From positions 8,000,001-8,064,000 of the forward strand of contig NW_024704758.1 of assembly GCF_018977255.1 (NCBI RefSeq): a DNA stretch of 64,000 nucleotides, read 5' to 3'. Positions within the stretch are counted from its first letter, which is position 1. Each line of letters begins with the position of its first letter. This document shows positions 24,998 to 37,971 of this stretch, in pieces. The stretch is from Callorhinchus milii (Eukaryota). Under the pieces are notes generated by a model that saw nothing but the letters and a program-made list of their open reading frames with translations, ran no database searches and was not told the DNA's origin. The translations under genes were made by a program, and so were the position numbers.

Positions 24998-25268
24998 TTC
25001 GGACACGCATATCCGCACGAAGCGCTATCTGCACGGATTGCCGCACTTCCCACAGTTCCATCTTAACCGACCGAGCTGCCAACTCGGGACGTGCCAGGTC
25101 CAGAAACTCAGCCATCGGCTCAATCAGCTCCTCAACAACCCGTTGAAAGACGACGTGGCTCGGTGGAGCACATGGAGCCCCAACAGCTACGGCAGGAAAC
25201 GCCGATCCCTGCGAACCAGGATAGCAGCCAAACTGCCTCGACCACAGAAGACGCTCACAAGGACGTGA
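24998..25268 (+). CDS. ADM: Adrenomedullin precursor, last coding exon (mature peptide 25026-25190)
   Basis: Acceptor cactag|. Translates (S)SDTHIRTKR-YLHGLPHFPQFHLNRPSCQLGTCQVQKLSHRLNQLLNNPLKDDVARWSTWSPNSY-GRKRR..., with a dibasic site, a six-residue Cys ring and a C-terminal Tyr-Gly-basic amidation signal. Total CDS is 507 nt (168 aa). Confidence 0.95.
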
Positions 25269-25966
25269 GAGTCCTGAGGACACACTCGCACACACACAGA
25301 GACACGCACATGACTGCAAACCTCCCCAGTCACTGCCTACCCAGAGAGACTTCAATTGGACGCACGAAGACTGTTGGCAAACTTAAAATGCACCAACCAG
25401 GCTCCTGAATTGCGACTTCTAAAGCTACCAAAACTGCCAGCAATATTTCTTTGCACAAACCAGCTTCCTTGTGCGAACTGCGTGGAGAATGGGCGCCACC
25501 TTTCACAGAATGCCTTTGGAATTAAGGATCCATCCCCTACATAAGCACCACAACCCACCCACTATCTACAGACTGCATTTGAACTGTTTTTTTTTCTGTG
25601 TTTGGATTACAGGGAGTCTAAAATCCTGACAGTCCAGAAAGGATTGCATCATACTTGAACGTTACTTCTATACAGAAAGTGCAATCGACGTTTTAATGTA
25701 TGAATGACATTGTATATAAATTGTTTAAACTATTTAAATGTAACACTCCCCCCCACCCCATAACTTTACATCTGGAAATAGAATTATTTTTATACTGATA
25801 TAAATGTATAAGGGCATTGTAGCAGCAACAAACAGAACAGAACGGTGTGTATGTTATCATAAAAGTGCCAAATGTTCACTGTATAGTCACTCGACTCTTT
25901 TTGTACATTCCAGACTTGCAATGGCTGTATATGTAGTACAATCTATTTTCGTCAATTGTTAAATAT

Positions 25967-25972
25967 AATAAA
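25967..25972 (+). terminator. Likely ADM polyadenylation signal
   Basis: AATAAA about 700 nt after the stop, at the end of an AU-rich UTR and followed by GT-rich sequence (ctgtggttgttgt). Confidence 0.6.
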
Positions 25973-27180
25973 CATTTGTGTACAGTAATGCCATCTGTGG
26001 TTGTTGTATTCCCTTTTCAGGATATGATCTCAAACAACTTGTAGCGCCCTTCGGTGCTAAGACTAAATGGAGCACAGTGACAAAAGATTTCAACCATCCG
26101 TTTATACTCAGAAAATTACTTTTGTATACTTTAAGATGGTCGATTACGTGCTTGTGGTTTGTGGGCTGCAGCAGAGTCCCAGGAACGAGTTAAAAGAGTA
26201 TTGAGTGGTACTGTATATCCCCATCACCATTGTGGACAGTTATTGTTGTAGGCAGAATTCTGCATAACACACAGAATGTCCACTCTGCCCGATATCAGAG
26301 CACATAAGTGTATAAAGGGAGAAAGCACACAATACAGGGTTATCAATTCCTTCCAGACGTTCTTCTTCTATCCGACTAATCCAGGGTTAAGGGTTTTACT
26401 ACTGTGTTACACAATAGTTACCATCGCTTGGGTCACGTCCTGTGCCCACATTGACGACTGACGCACTCAGGGTTGATGTTAAGGTTATACACAGTGGATT
26501 GGAGGGGTTAAGAAACGGCGCCAGGAGGATTGAACGGCGGGATATTACCACAGACTCGTCTTGTCTGATATTTTGATGATCAAAAATGAAATAAAAGGAA
26601 GTCACAGCTCAGAACAAAAGAATACAGTTGAGTCTACGGTGCTCCCAAGAGTCTGCAGGACCATCTGAAGCTAATTTGATTCCCACTAATACAGAACTGC
26701 AGGATTTACAGAGAGAAAAGTCCTGAGAACTGCCTGAGAACTGCCTGCCAGTTTGAACCTTCGTGTCACCAGTCTGAGATTAATATCTAACTCACTCACC
26801 AGGGCAATATCCTCAAAAACATTGACCTTGTTGTGCAGTTGCGCTGGTCATAGACTTACTGATGCTTATAATTTTACATTTTAGCCCCGCTGCCACCCAC
26901 CCATAGGCTGAACTATCACAAATGCATCACGGTTTTATTTATACTCAAATGCAGTTTCACGCAACGGATTCAAACGCCTTTTACGTGGATTCGTGCGATG
27001 GCTTTCAACGCTGCGTCGAGCAAAATAGTACACTACGTACTGCAGTCCTGACCTGTTCTGCAGTTTTGATTCATTTAGATTCCAGTGCCCACAGGGATGG
27101 CAATGATAGGTCTTGGAAGGAGATTAAAGAGCTTTAATCGAAATGTTCTACAGATGAAATGCTGGTAAATTGTTAAAATG

Positions 27181-27535
27181 AGGTGTCAGCCTGGCTCAGC
27201 TGCCAGCAATATTGCCTCCGAGTCAGAAGGTTGTGGGTTTAAGCCCCACATCGAGACTTCGAGTTCATAGTCTAGGCTGACACTCCAGGGTGGCCATCCG
27301 AGGTGTTAAACCGAGATCCCACCTGACTTTTCAGGTGGACGTTAAAGATCCCAAGGCACTGTGTGAAATGGGTTTCTCCTGCAGTCCATCCATCCAGGTC
27401 AGTAATCCCCAGTTAAAATTGTTCATTCACTTCAGAGCAGTTTGCAGGACATATCTGTGCGCATTCACCGACAAAATACAGTCACTACACTGTATGGTAA
27501 AATTCTTGGACATCTCGACGACTTGGATATAAAGC
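27181..27535 (+). mobile_element. Older tRNA-headed SINE (DeuSINE/SacSINE1-like); related copies at 3370-3785(-), 44040-44340(+), 50600-50980(-), 59280-59470(-)
   Basis: Head ggctcag...gagtcagaaggttgtgggtttaagccccac...ctaggctgacactccag, and core caggtggacgttaaagatccc. Confidence 0.75.
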
Positions 27536-30500
27536 CCCTGTATCGAATACGGGGATTATTGTTTGAGATGATTAGGAACAGTGTCCATGCAGTGTTTTTG
27601 TTTTTAAATTGATTCTAACCATCAAGAAAACAAAGGTTGGAGTTCAAAAAACGATCTGCATCTCAGCACGTATTTTTTTTCCTCTTCGCTTATGTGTTTA
27701 AGTAATGTCACGTAGAAACTATGAACTATTGTTTCTATTGACATCACTGCGCCGAAAACAAATCCAAAGACGATTGCTGGAACCATGCTGCCATCTAGAG
27801 CTCGCTACCGTGAACCCGACAGGGACGAGGAGCGAAATAAATGATTAAGAGCAATAAATCAGCCTGGAGAGATCATTTCCAGTCAGCACGACTCTTTTGC
27901 TCAAGATTGCTGTGGTTTCTGTGTAGGTCCAAAAGGTTAGGCATTCTTCGGAACTGCGGAAAGCACTAAAAACAATTCAAGCTGGGCAAGGAGATAAAAT
28001 AATCCGAAAATTCCCTGCCCCCAAACAAATCTGTTCGACGTGTCTCGCCTAAATCGCCCACAGACTCGAGCACTGCAATAACAGTGGGAGCGGAAGAACG
28101 ACGACTGCATTAAGTTTTTCAGGCATTTCAAAAACCTCTTAATATTTCCCAGATTCCGAAAGGATCCAGGAAAAAGGCAAATGAGCGTTGTCGGAAAATG
28201 ACAAATCACAATTATTCTACGCGACGATTCAGAGATGTCACGGATTTTAAGTGTCTCTCCTCCCCCTGCCTCCCACCAATTAAATACAATTTGCGTGCGT
28301 TCTCTCACGATGGAGTAAGTCAGCCTTAAGGAATCTATCTAATCCTGTCATTTCCAAGCGACTGGACTAAATAGGAGATTTCATTTTGCTGTGCTCTTTT
28401 GTACCTACGCAGAAATATATCAACACTGACTTTAATCCAGAGATAAGGCAAAATGTGACCAGAACTGGCAACTACAATAGATTGAAATCTGTATTTTACA
28501 TTATTCTCCCCACAGTTAACCTCCTTCTACATTGTTCATCAGCAGTGAGAGCAAACGGGTGATTTCACTTCAAAATCTATGAAATTAAAGAATGCAACAA
28601 GAAAAGTATATTTATCTCATCAAGACCAATACACCACAGAACCATGTGCAATCTGAATTCTACACAAATTATTTAAACTCCCGAGGAAAAACTGCCAACA
28701 TTTCTTCCTATAGATTCCAGAATAATTAAATAGAATATTATTTTGCAAGTGTGACAGTAATAGTCCAGTTGCCTTCACCTGGTGAAGCTTCTGGCTTCCT
28801 TTCAACACTTTATGCAGTGCTGCAGGTTTTACCATGAGATGAGCTGCATATGCTACAAGAATATGGCGCAGTTGGTTGAGTACTATCCTTTTGGCCACAG
28901 GGATCAGACACTGTGTGAGCAATTATGGATCCTAATAACCTTCAGTTAAAACGCATTTTTTTTTGATCTATTAAGACTATACAAAAGCGACACATTTGGT
29001 AACCCCAATTCCAGGATTGCAACAACAACTACAAGACCTACATGTTGAACGTTGAGTGGCTGAGTGAAGCTTCCTCTGAGGGTGGGTAGAACTGGAGAGC
29101 AAGTCTTGTGAATCCCGAAATAGCCAGTTACAGAGTAGGAATGACAAATCGTTCTTTGCTTTCTGTGACATCCTATATAAACTATGCAAACAATTCCCCA
29201 CATGTAATTGCATAACGTTCCCTTTGACTAGGACCTCGCTAAGAATAGTCAATCATTTCCCCAAACCGAGCAACGTGCTTCTCCTGCAGCCACTTTGCAG
29301 ATAGTCAGTTGCAGTCGAAACAATGAAGTTGAGAAATGCGGTGTCGGAGAGTAAGTAGTTGGATACCTGAGGCAGACGTCGGCTGAGTAATGAATTTATA
29401 AAGTTTTTTTGTCATATTTAGCAAAGTGCTGCGAGAATGGTGCCGCCAAGGGTCCCAGCTAAAGCAACAGCACTCAAGTTGGAGACAGAATTATGCATTC
29501 TGAAGAGTTGATGGGGCCGAAGGAAGTATTTTTACACAGAAAAGGAAATCAAGTTGTTTGAAGGCGGTTTTACCGTCACAAATTTATGTCAAAAAACTGT
29601 AAAAGTGTGCACTGAATACCCAAATCGAACTCATAAGGGGTTACCTCACAGTAGACTGCTGCTTGGAATCTTGGATCTAACACAAAACTCATTTTATGGA
29701 CTTCTTAAAACCAGCTGGATATGCAATTTGTCTAGGAACATAACATTTTCATGTTAACTGAAGAAAACAAAATGTTTCATGGACAAGAACTCTGGGTTAT
29801 ATCTGTAATAAAAATCAATATATCAATTACAAATCTAATTTATCTCTTCATAGAATAAATGACTGTTGGCACATCAGTTACATTAACCAACCACTTGGGT
29901 GAAGAGAAATGTTATTGTTTTCATTCTGGTTGAAGAATCTTTGATGAAATAAGAACATTTTATTCTTTAATATGTTGTTGATGATGAGTATTTTACAGGC
30001 ACCGTATGTCACTTAAAATAAAAGTTCCTTTTCAGTTATAGATTTCATGCTGGTCAATTGGTTTTGTTGGTAGTCTTTTGACATGCATAACCTTTAGACC
30101 ATAAATTATTGAAATGTAAAAAATATTTGGAACTATTCAATAGACAGCAGACAGGGTGCTTTCAATTTGCCAAGTTTTACATTAGTGACTCAATTGCAGT
30201 AAACATTGGTGAAACTGACATTTCATTTAAGTATTCTTACAATAAAACACAATCTTCCTAAATCAATCTTGGTGACAACATGTCAGGTATTTCCTTAGGA
30301 TCATTGACGTTATAAAACCACAAAAGTTGCAAAAGGTTTAAGAACAGAATTCAAAAATCATTCCAACAATAATTCTTTTCTCCCCTCTCCATAAATCGTT
30401 GTTAGTGGTTTTATTGTGTTTTTATGACTAATTTAATTTGCTAAACCTCAACTAATCATTAACATAAAAGTTTAGGATGGAGGGTCGGGGATCTCAGAGA

Positions 30501-30954
30501 TAAAAGGCTGGTCTATTAACTCACTGTACTACACAGTCTCCAAAAGCAAGCTTTTCAATGTTGCTTTATGGTCCTTTTAAAAATCCCATATTCACTATCT
30601 ATACATACTGGCAGACATGCCCACATTGAGTTTTAAATATAATATTCGGTTTAATCTACACGTGGTCAATATTTTGCATTAAGTAATTATTTTCCACGTA
30701 TATTACGGGGGTGGGGGAGGAGGGGGGTGAAGCTTTACGCATAATATATTTTAAGAAATCCAGAGCTAATACTCCATTATTATTTATAAATGTCAATATA
30801 TGAGGCTATGAATAAGCCTCTGAACCCATCGCCGCGTTGAGTGTTCAACATGTACCCAGAACAAGTGCGGGGAAGTGAGGTGGAAGCAGAAGAGCGCCCT
30901 CTTGGCCAAGTTTGGGCCTCGGAGCCAACTGCTGATTCACAAACACACTATATA

Positions 30955-31478
30955 TACAACAATTTTATATTTACATTGTGCCTTTCATATAGGGAGGACG
31001 TCCCAAGGTGCTGGACAGACCAGCAATGCATCTAAGCTGGGGTTGCAGAGGGGGAAAAAATGACCAAGGGCATGGTCAAAGAGGAACATCTTGAGGTGGA
31101 CCTTGAAGGAGGTGAGGGAGGGACTGATTCGTAGGGACACTTGAATGGAATTCCAGGGAGTAGGTGGGGGGATAAGATGAAAGAGTGACTGCTGATGGTG
31201 AGGCGGGGGGTGTGAAAATAGGTTGGTGTTAGAGGAGTGGAGGGAGCAGGTGAGTTTGTAGGGCTTGAGAAGGTGGCAGAGTTAGGGTGGGGCAAAAACC
31301 ATGGAGGAATTTAAAGGTTGGGACAAGGTTCTTGAACTCAATCCGCTGGGGAATGGGGAGCCAGGCGGGGATGGGGGCGATAGGTTTGTGGAGCCAAGCG
31401 CAGGAAAGGACAGGAGCTGCAGAATTCTGGATAGTTTGTAGCTAGTGATGGTTTGGGTAGTCTGGTGGGCAAGGAGTA
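30955..31478 (-). mobile_element. L2-type LINE 3' fragment; further fragments at 16385-16520(-), 33505-33965(+), 41975-42165(+), 45680-45905(+), 54700-54955(+)
   Basis: Shared 3' UTR cctccttcaagtcc.gcct.aagaccctcctcttcgacca.gcc...ccagcgccttgggacgtcctcccgacgtgaaaggcgcta...ttgttgttg. Confidence 0.78.
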
Positions 31479-34400
31479 CTGTTACAAAAAAAGACATGTA
31501 TGGGAAAATTTGTCCATCAATATTTTCAAACCAAATAACGTGATAAAATAATTTTTAAAAATACTTACAGAATCGGAAGCCTAAGTGGATACACTCTTTC
31601 CTCGCCTATTCAGATGGAACAAATTGACTAACTTTCTTTCTGCCAACAAAAATCTTTTGGGTAATAGAGCAGCATTTATGACAAATTTGAAATATTTTGA
31701 CATTTTAAGACTGAAAACTGGACAAGCATTGGTAAGGTGTGCAGTTTTGGCTAGCTAGACTCCAGCAGTACCCCAAAGTACACTGGATCCCCAAGCCTTA
31801 GCTCTTGCCAACCTGCATCTAATAATCTCTGGATTTAGGTAAGCAGGACATGTTTCTCCAGGAAGAGTGCAAAATACCTCGAGAATTTCCATGTATATAG
31901 GTGGGATGCACTGAACTCTGTTTGGTTTGGATCTTCTTAAGTACGATGATGGGTTTCCATATGGGTCAGACATCCCCCAAAAATAAGAATTCCAGATCTT
32001 TTGACTGAGCATTTGTTTCAATGTACTACAAGCCATGAGAAGGGGATAATTTAACATCTAATAAAAAGTTAGGCCAGTAAATCCAATTCGACAAAAGTTG
32101 GTCAAATGTAATTTAATGCGAACAAATTTATTGAACTGATTTAAAAAGATGTAACAAAACTGTTAATGAAGGAAATGTGAGATTATTCATCGGAAATGAT
32201 TTTCAGAAATCATTTGATATGAGATCAAATGCATCAGATGAATGGCTAAAATGTACAATGAATTGACTAAATAGTAGAAAATAAGATAGTAGTTCATCAT
32301 AAAGGTTCTTGTTGGGCAACTATGGATGGTTTTGTTTCCCAGAGTAACTGTTCCTGGAACTATTTCATATGTAATATTTATTAATGATCTTAATTCTAAG
32401 TATGTCTGTAGATGGCAAGCAGAAACGTATGATGTTTCAAGGAGACAAATTTTGATCAAGCAGATTTAGGAATGAAATCTATACACATCTTATGTCCTTA
32501 TTGATCAAAAGAAGCAACTTGGGGAGAGGGGATCAATAAGGTGGGTATGGAGTTCTTTATATTCCATCAGAAGAGACGAGAAAGAATAGCTACACTGAAA
32601 ACTTAAAATAAATATAATTTAAGAATTAACTACAGTTATTGACAATTAGAATTATTACCATGAAATTATTAACATGAAATGCCAAATTCAGATGTAGCCA
32701 AAAAAGATTTTATAAACACAGAATTCAGCTTCAGAAGACATCAGATGTAAAGCTTGATGCCAAAGTGAAATAAAACAATTTGAGGCTGGATGGAAGTCTG
32801 TAGCCAAAACTATTTCCCAAACTGGATCATTATCCTAAATAACTTTAAAGTATTTTGCTTCGGTTAATTTTGCAGCATAAATAAATGACAATTGTAAATA
32901 ATGTTGGCTGCTCACAAATTTGAGTGTTTGCTACAAACACATGGTTTGAGAATTGTATTAGAATTGTTTCCATTCTGCTACCCATTTTAAAATGAATTTT
33001 CCTCCTCAAAGTACCTTGAACTACATAAGAATAGAATTTCCTTTGGTGTTTGGTTTCCTGCTTGTGTTTATTCAACAAGAACTTTGAAGCAAATTTAGAA
33101 TGGTGCATTAGTTTCAATGCAGCTGTTTGTTCAATACTTGGACACTTTCCCAAATGGAAGCAGGAAGAGGATAAAGAGCACTCGGTGGCCTTGGCCATTT
33201 CACACATTGTATCTCAGTCATCTCCAATTTTACGACTTGGAAGATCTCAAATTGATGCCTTCTTAGCTCCTTGGAATTGCATGTTAAATATTATTGAGCA
33301 AAAGCATCAGTCATGGCATCATTTGCACTATAAAATATGTTTATTTAGATTTACGTAAGTACTGAATAAATTAAAAAAGTCTCTTTGTTAATTGCATTAA
33401 ATTAATTGCAATAAAGTATGAAGGAGATGACACTTGAAGACAGAAATGAACACTGAAGATGTTTGAAAGGGTTGAGTTTTCTTAATTTCAAATATCTTAT
33501 AGAGAACTTACCTTTCCCCCATCACTTCAAAATAGCTGTCATCACCCCATCTTCAAAAAAAAACTTCTCAAGATCATCTCCAATTGAATGTCAACAAAAG
33601 GCTCCCGTCAGCATCTTCTCACCTTAGCATCACGTTTCATGGATGCCCAACTCCAACTCACTGAGCCTGCACAGAAGCCGTGTCTTGTTCAACTCTCATC
33701 TGGCTTTAAACCCCATCTCCATGCCTTAACCCATTCAGTTTTCCCCCACCTCAGCCTGCCTTTGCCACTACCTCCGACCATGTCGCCAAGACACCTAGCC
33801 ATGTTATCACCTCCAGGCTTGATTATGCTAACTCTATGCTAGCTGGACTTCCCAACTTTTCCCTCCACGAGCTGCAGACTATTTATTCAAAACTCTGCAG
33901 CTCTATGAGCCTATCACCTCCCCCCCCCCCCCCACCCCCCCATTCTCGTGCAGCTACACTGACCAGTTGGTCATGATAATGTTGTATGATGAACTGTGAA
34001 ACTATTGTATAGGCTTGTAAACTGCAATATTTCAAAACCTATACAAAACTGCTATGATACCACTGAAAAGGGAGGGAGTCAAGAGGGCCTCTAAGAATTG
34101 ACCTCGAGAGCGGGGGCCAAAATGGTGAGGCAGTTGGGATGGTGGGGGGGCAGACATAAAGCAAACTGGTGTTTGCCGGGCAAACGGCTGGGTCGAGAGA
34201 TCGCAGGGGCAGCATGGGGACGTGTGGGAGGGAGGGATGAAGGGTGTAGAAGAGTTTCTCACGAGGGAAGGAGGCATTGTTAGAGCTATTGTCCTTCAGA
34301 TGAGATGTTAAGCCAACGTCCTGTCTGCCTTTCATTAAAGATCTCATTGCACTATTGAAAGAGAGAAGGGTGTTTCTTTTAGTATCTTGACGAACAATTC

Positions 34401-36157
34401 TTGTTCAATCATTTTACAGGTTTTGGTTGATCTTTGCTGTGCGTGAAATGACTGCTGGAGTTACAGTCAACTTACTTCAAAACAACAGCTAATCTTGCAA
34501 ACTAAATGTGAAGCGTTGAGTCATTTTGGTATTACACGCACTAAATCAAATGTCAGTATCACTCTTTAAAGTTGAACCTTGATATTTTCCTTATGTGGTA
34601 CAAAAAGGAGAAAACATAATCTTTTAATTGTTGAGAATTTAAGTTACAAGGCAACACATCAAAATCTTTTTAAAGCTTTGTTTCCAATGTTGTTGGTGTT
34701 CAGAAACAACATCAAGCATGACACTAAATGTTTATACATTATTTCAAATTATTAAATCTGGTTTACAAATATTCAAATAAAGAGACATGGGCAACACCAA
34801 TCCCCCGAAAAAGTAAATTTACAAAATTCTAACAAGTAGAGTAAAAACATTTTTCTGTTATCAATCTACATGGAAGCCTTTATAGCTTTTTAAGAAAAAA
34901 AGCAACTTGCCCATCTGTAACAGGCTTACAAAAAGTGCAAAATTAAGAACCGGTTTTACAAAAAAAAACTATGTACATCACACATCAGTTAAATATATTC
35001 ATTCAGGGTTTTTTTTCCCCATTGGTTAATATTTTCTTCTACTAAAACATCTATTATTTACTTCCAAGCATTTTATGTGATCAGAGCACCGCTACAAATG
35101 TCCTCATCTGTTCACTAAAAATAATAAGTCTCCCATCGATCACCAAAAAAAGTCTCCCATTGGTTACCAAGAAAGAATGTCATATTCCTGAGTTGACCAC
35201 ATACTATTCTTGACAGTGACCGTTAAGTTTACAAAGAATAGTTAGAAGTGAGACAGGGACAATTCAATTATTTTCCTCAGTAATTACAGGTAGTTTCAGC
35301 ACAAAATTATCAAATGTTTCCCCAAGATTTATAGTAAACATCAACAGCTACACCTCTGGTCCTTGGGCATCACATTAGAATAACTTAACTTAAAACATTT
35401 TCACCATCCTTAAAAAGCATAGAAAGTAAGTCATGTCAAAAAACGTTTAACTATCCACTGAACAGTTGTTGTAAAGAATGTAAAATTCTGCTACTTTTGT
35501 TAGAAAATAAATTTGTATATATTTACTCCTTTTTTTAGCTGCATATAAATGTTACAATTTTTCAACCAAATTATTATCTGTTTATGAGTCACACAGCTGT
35601 CTACTACTCTGTCAAGTTTAGGTAAAAACAACTCCTTAGAAATCCAATGAAAACTGAATCGGTTTAAGAAAATGTAAAAATTGTTTCTTACAAGCCTGCA
35701 AATTCTGCTGCTGCAATACACGGAATACTGTGAGCCTGCTCACACCTATTTAAATTTCTCACAAAATTTGATCGTGGTTGCATACCAGTTTAGCATCCAC
35801 AAAGCACTCTGCCAACAAATTAGATATTTTGCTGAGAGATATTAATGGAAAAAATAATCAAAAGTATTTGATGTACAATGCCTTCATGTTTTCTGAGTGC
35901 AGAGTAACGTAAACTAAAATAATTTATAGCCGCGTTATACCAATTATATGCAATAATACAAGGTGCATGGATAAAATATCCATGCAGTTCTTAATAAACC
36001 ATAATCATAAAAATATTTGAATAATTTAAAAATATATGCATTAACTATTATGGTATAAATGCTTACATGGTATTATGGAACTGAGATCATTGGTAAATCT
36101 TGTAGATGTATGTTGCAGTCGTAGATGTATGTTGCATTTAACTCTGCCTGGCTGCTA

Positions 36158-37971
36158 TCATAACATAATAGATTCAGAATCCTGGATCTCTGCGCATGGT
36201 GGTAAACAGGTCTCTGCACTCAACTCTGTGGATTCAGCTCTCAGACTTTCTTGATGCATTTGTGTACTAGGAGTAGGATGTTCTGCACTGTATGTTGGTA
36301 TTTTGATTGGGCTTACATCCTTATCCAACAATACTTTAGGAACTGAAACAGTGAATCCACTTGCAGCATTCTCTTGAATTGCACAAATCCCTTTTTCATC
36401 ATACGTTGCAAGTAAATGTGGATCATCATCCTCTAAAGTCAGTGCTATATGCTTGAAGTTTAGAAAGTTTTGCTGAGCTGCACATGCCAAGTGAACTGGA
36501 GTTATAGACTTGACTATTTTACAGGAGCTATTTAAACATTGCCTGACTGGAGAAGTCTGTGTGATGGGAAGCAAATGTGCAGGATTCTGAGAATTTAAAT
36601 TTCTGATGGGGTCCAACTCAAGCCCAGCTGGTGAAGATCTGGAAAGACTCTGGTGAGAAGGCATTATATGGTGTACAGGAGTGCAAACATCCCAGGACTG
36701 TTTATGTGTAAATGAAGCATGTTTGGTAAGCTGTGGTTTATCTGACAATTCTAAAGACATAAAAAGATTAGGTGTGCTGACAGAAGTGTTCTCTGCCTCT
36801 GTTAAAACATGCTCCTTCTGAGGCAGTGCATCGTTTTCATCTGTTACTTCAATAATTTTAATTTCATTTATTGGTTCTGAAATAATCTGATCATATTTAT
36901 ATTCTGTATCTGACAAATTGTCATATTCAGAAACATTTGAGGCCCGTCTTTCATTATGATGCTCTGCCACAGTTTTTGTGCCTTTGCTATCCATGTACAT
37001 TGAAATTCCTTCTGGCAAACCTCCAAGGGATGGATTCTCTTCTCCAGAGGATGAAAACTGAACTATCGTAGGTTGTGATTGATTAATAGGGGGATGTGGT
37101 TCCCCTAGTTGAGGGTCTTTCAGATCTGGATAAATATCCGATGTTTCCAACACTCTTGGGTTTAACAAATGCATTTCATCACATAACATCTCTGGAGGAT
37201 CTGGAAAATGTATTTCAATTTCATCACAATCCACCACTTCTCCATGACAACTATTTGGAGAAGGCTCATTATTTCTATATTCTTGATCCAGGGACTGTTC
37301 ATCTACCTCCTCTGTAATAGGTGCCTTGAATTTTTCTGGAGAATCTGTTACATTTTCAATCACCTGAGTTTGATCAATTTCTGAAGAACATAATGGCTCT
37401 GTTTGTAGTGATTGGGTTCCAGATATTACAGTTGTTTCTGCAAATTCAGCTTTGCTCATGCTTATATAATTGATTATATTCTCTTCTGGAAAGTCAGCTG
37501 TTTCGCTTACTGGAAGTACAAGGTCAATATTTTCTAAACATAGAATTGGATCATTTTCTGCAATATGAGCCATACACTTTTGAGATGAAGTATCTTCCTC
37601 TTCTGGATACTGCTTTGTCCCTTTTGCTGGGAACTGAAGTGGGTCCATTTCTGAAGAAACAGCTTCACCTTCTTTTGATAACTGTATCTTGTCTTCTTTA
37701 GGATGTCTAGATACATCCTGCAGTGGAGGTTGATCTTTGTACATTTCCAATGTTTGTGCCTGCAACGTCTCCATGGAAGAGACCTTATTACTTTCCGAAG
37801 ACTCAGGAACAGAAAGCTGGATTTGGCTTTTTTCTGCCTCTCTATCAGGCTGCAAATCATTTGAACGAGATTGGAGCATTGTATTCTTGCCGTTGACCAT
37901 GACAGTGGTCATCACTTGTAATAAAGAAATTTCCTGCCCTAATGGTGTCTTGGGAAACTCGTCGGGTTTAG
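36158..37971 (-). CDS. USP6NL-like: USP6NL-like terminal exon 13: (A)[12 protein letters not shown] followed by a ~590-aa acidic, Ser/Pro-rich tail
   Basis: tatttag| acceptor. Begins like USP6NL KEDEYPKKPLGQ and is in frame with the 585-aa ORF 36158-37915. TGA stop. Confidence 0.88.

Noticed and set aside
23502..25268. Assignment as ADM2 or ADM5
   Set aside because: The PAMP homology, exon layout and linkage to an SBF2-type exon (GYDHEK) favour ADM (AM1) despite the AM2-like mature core.
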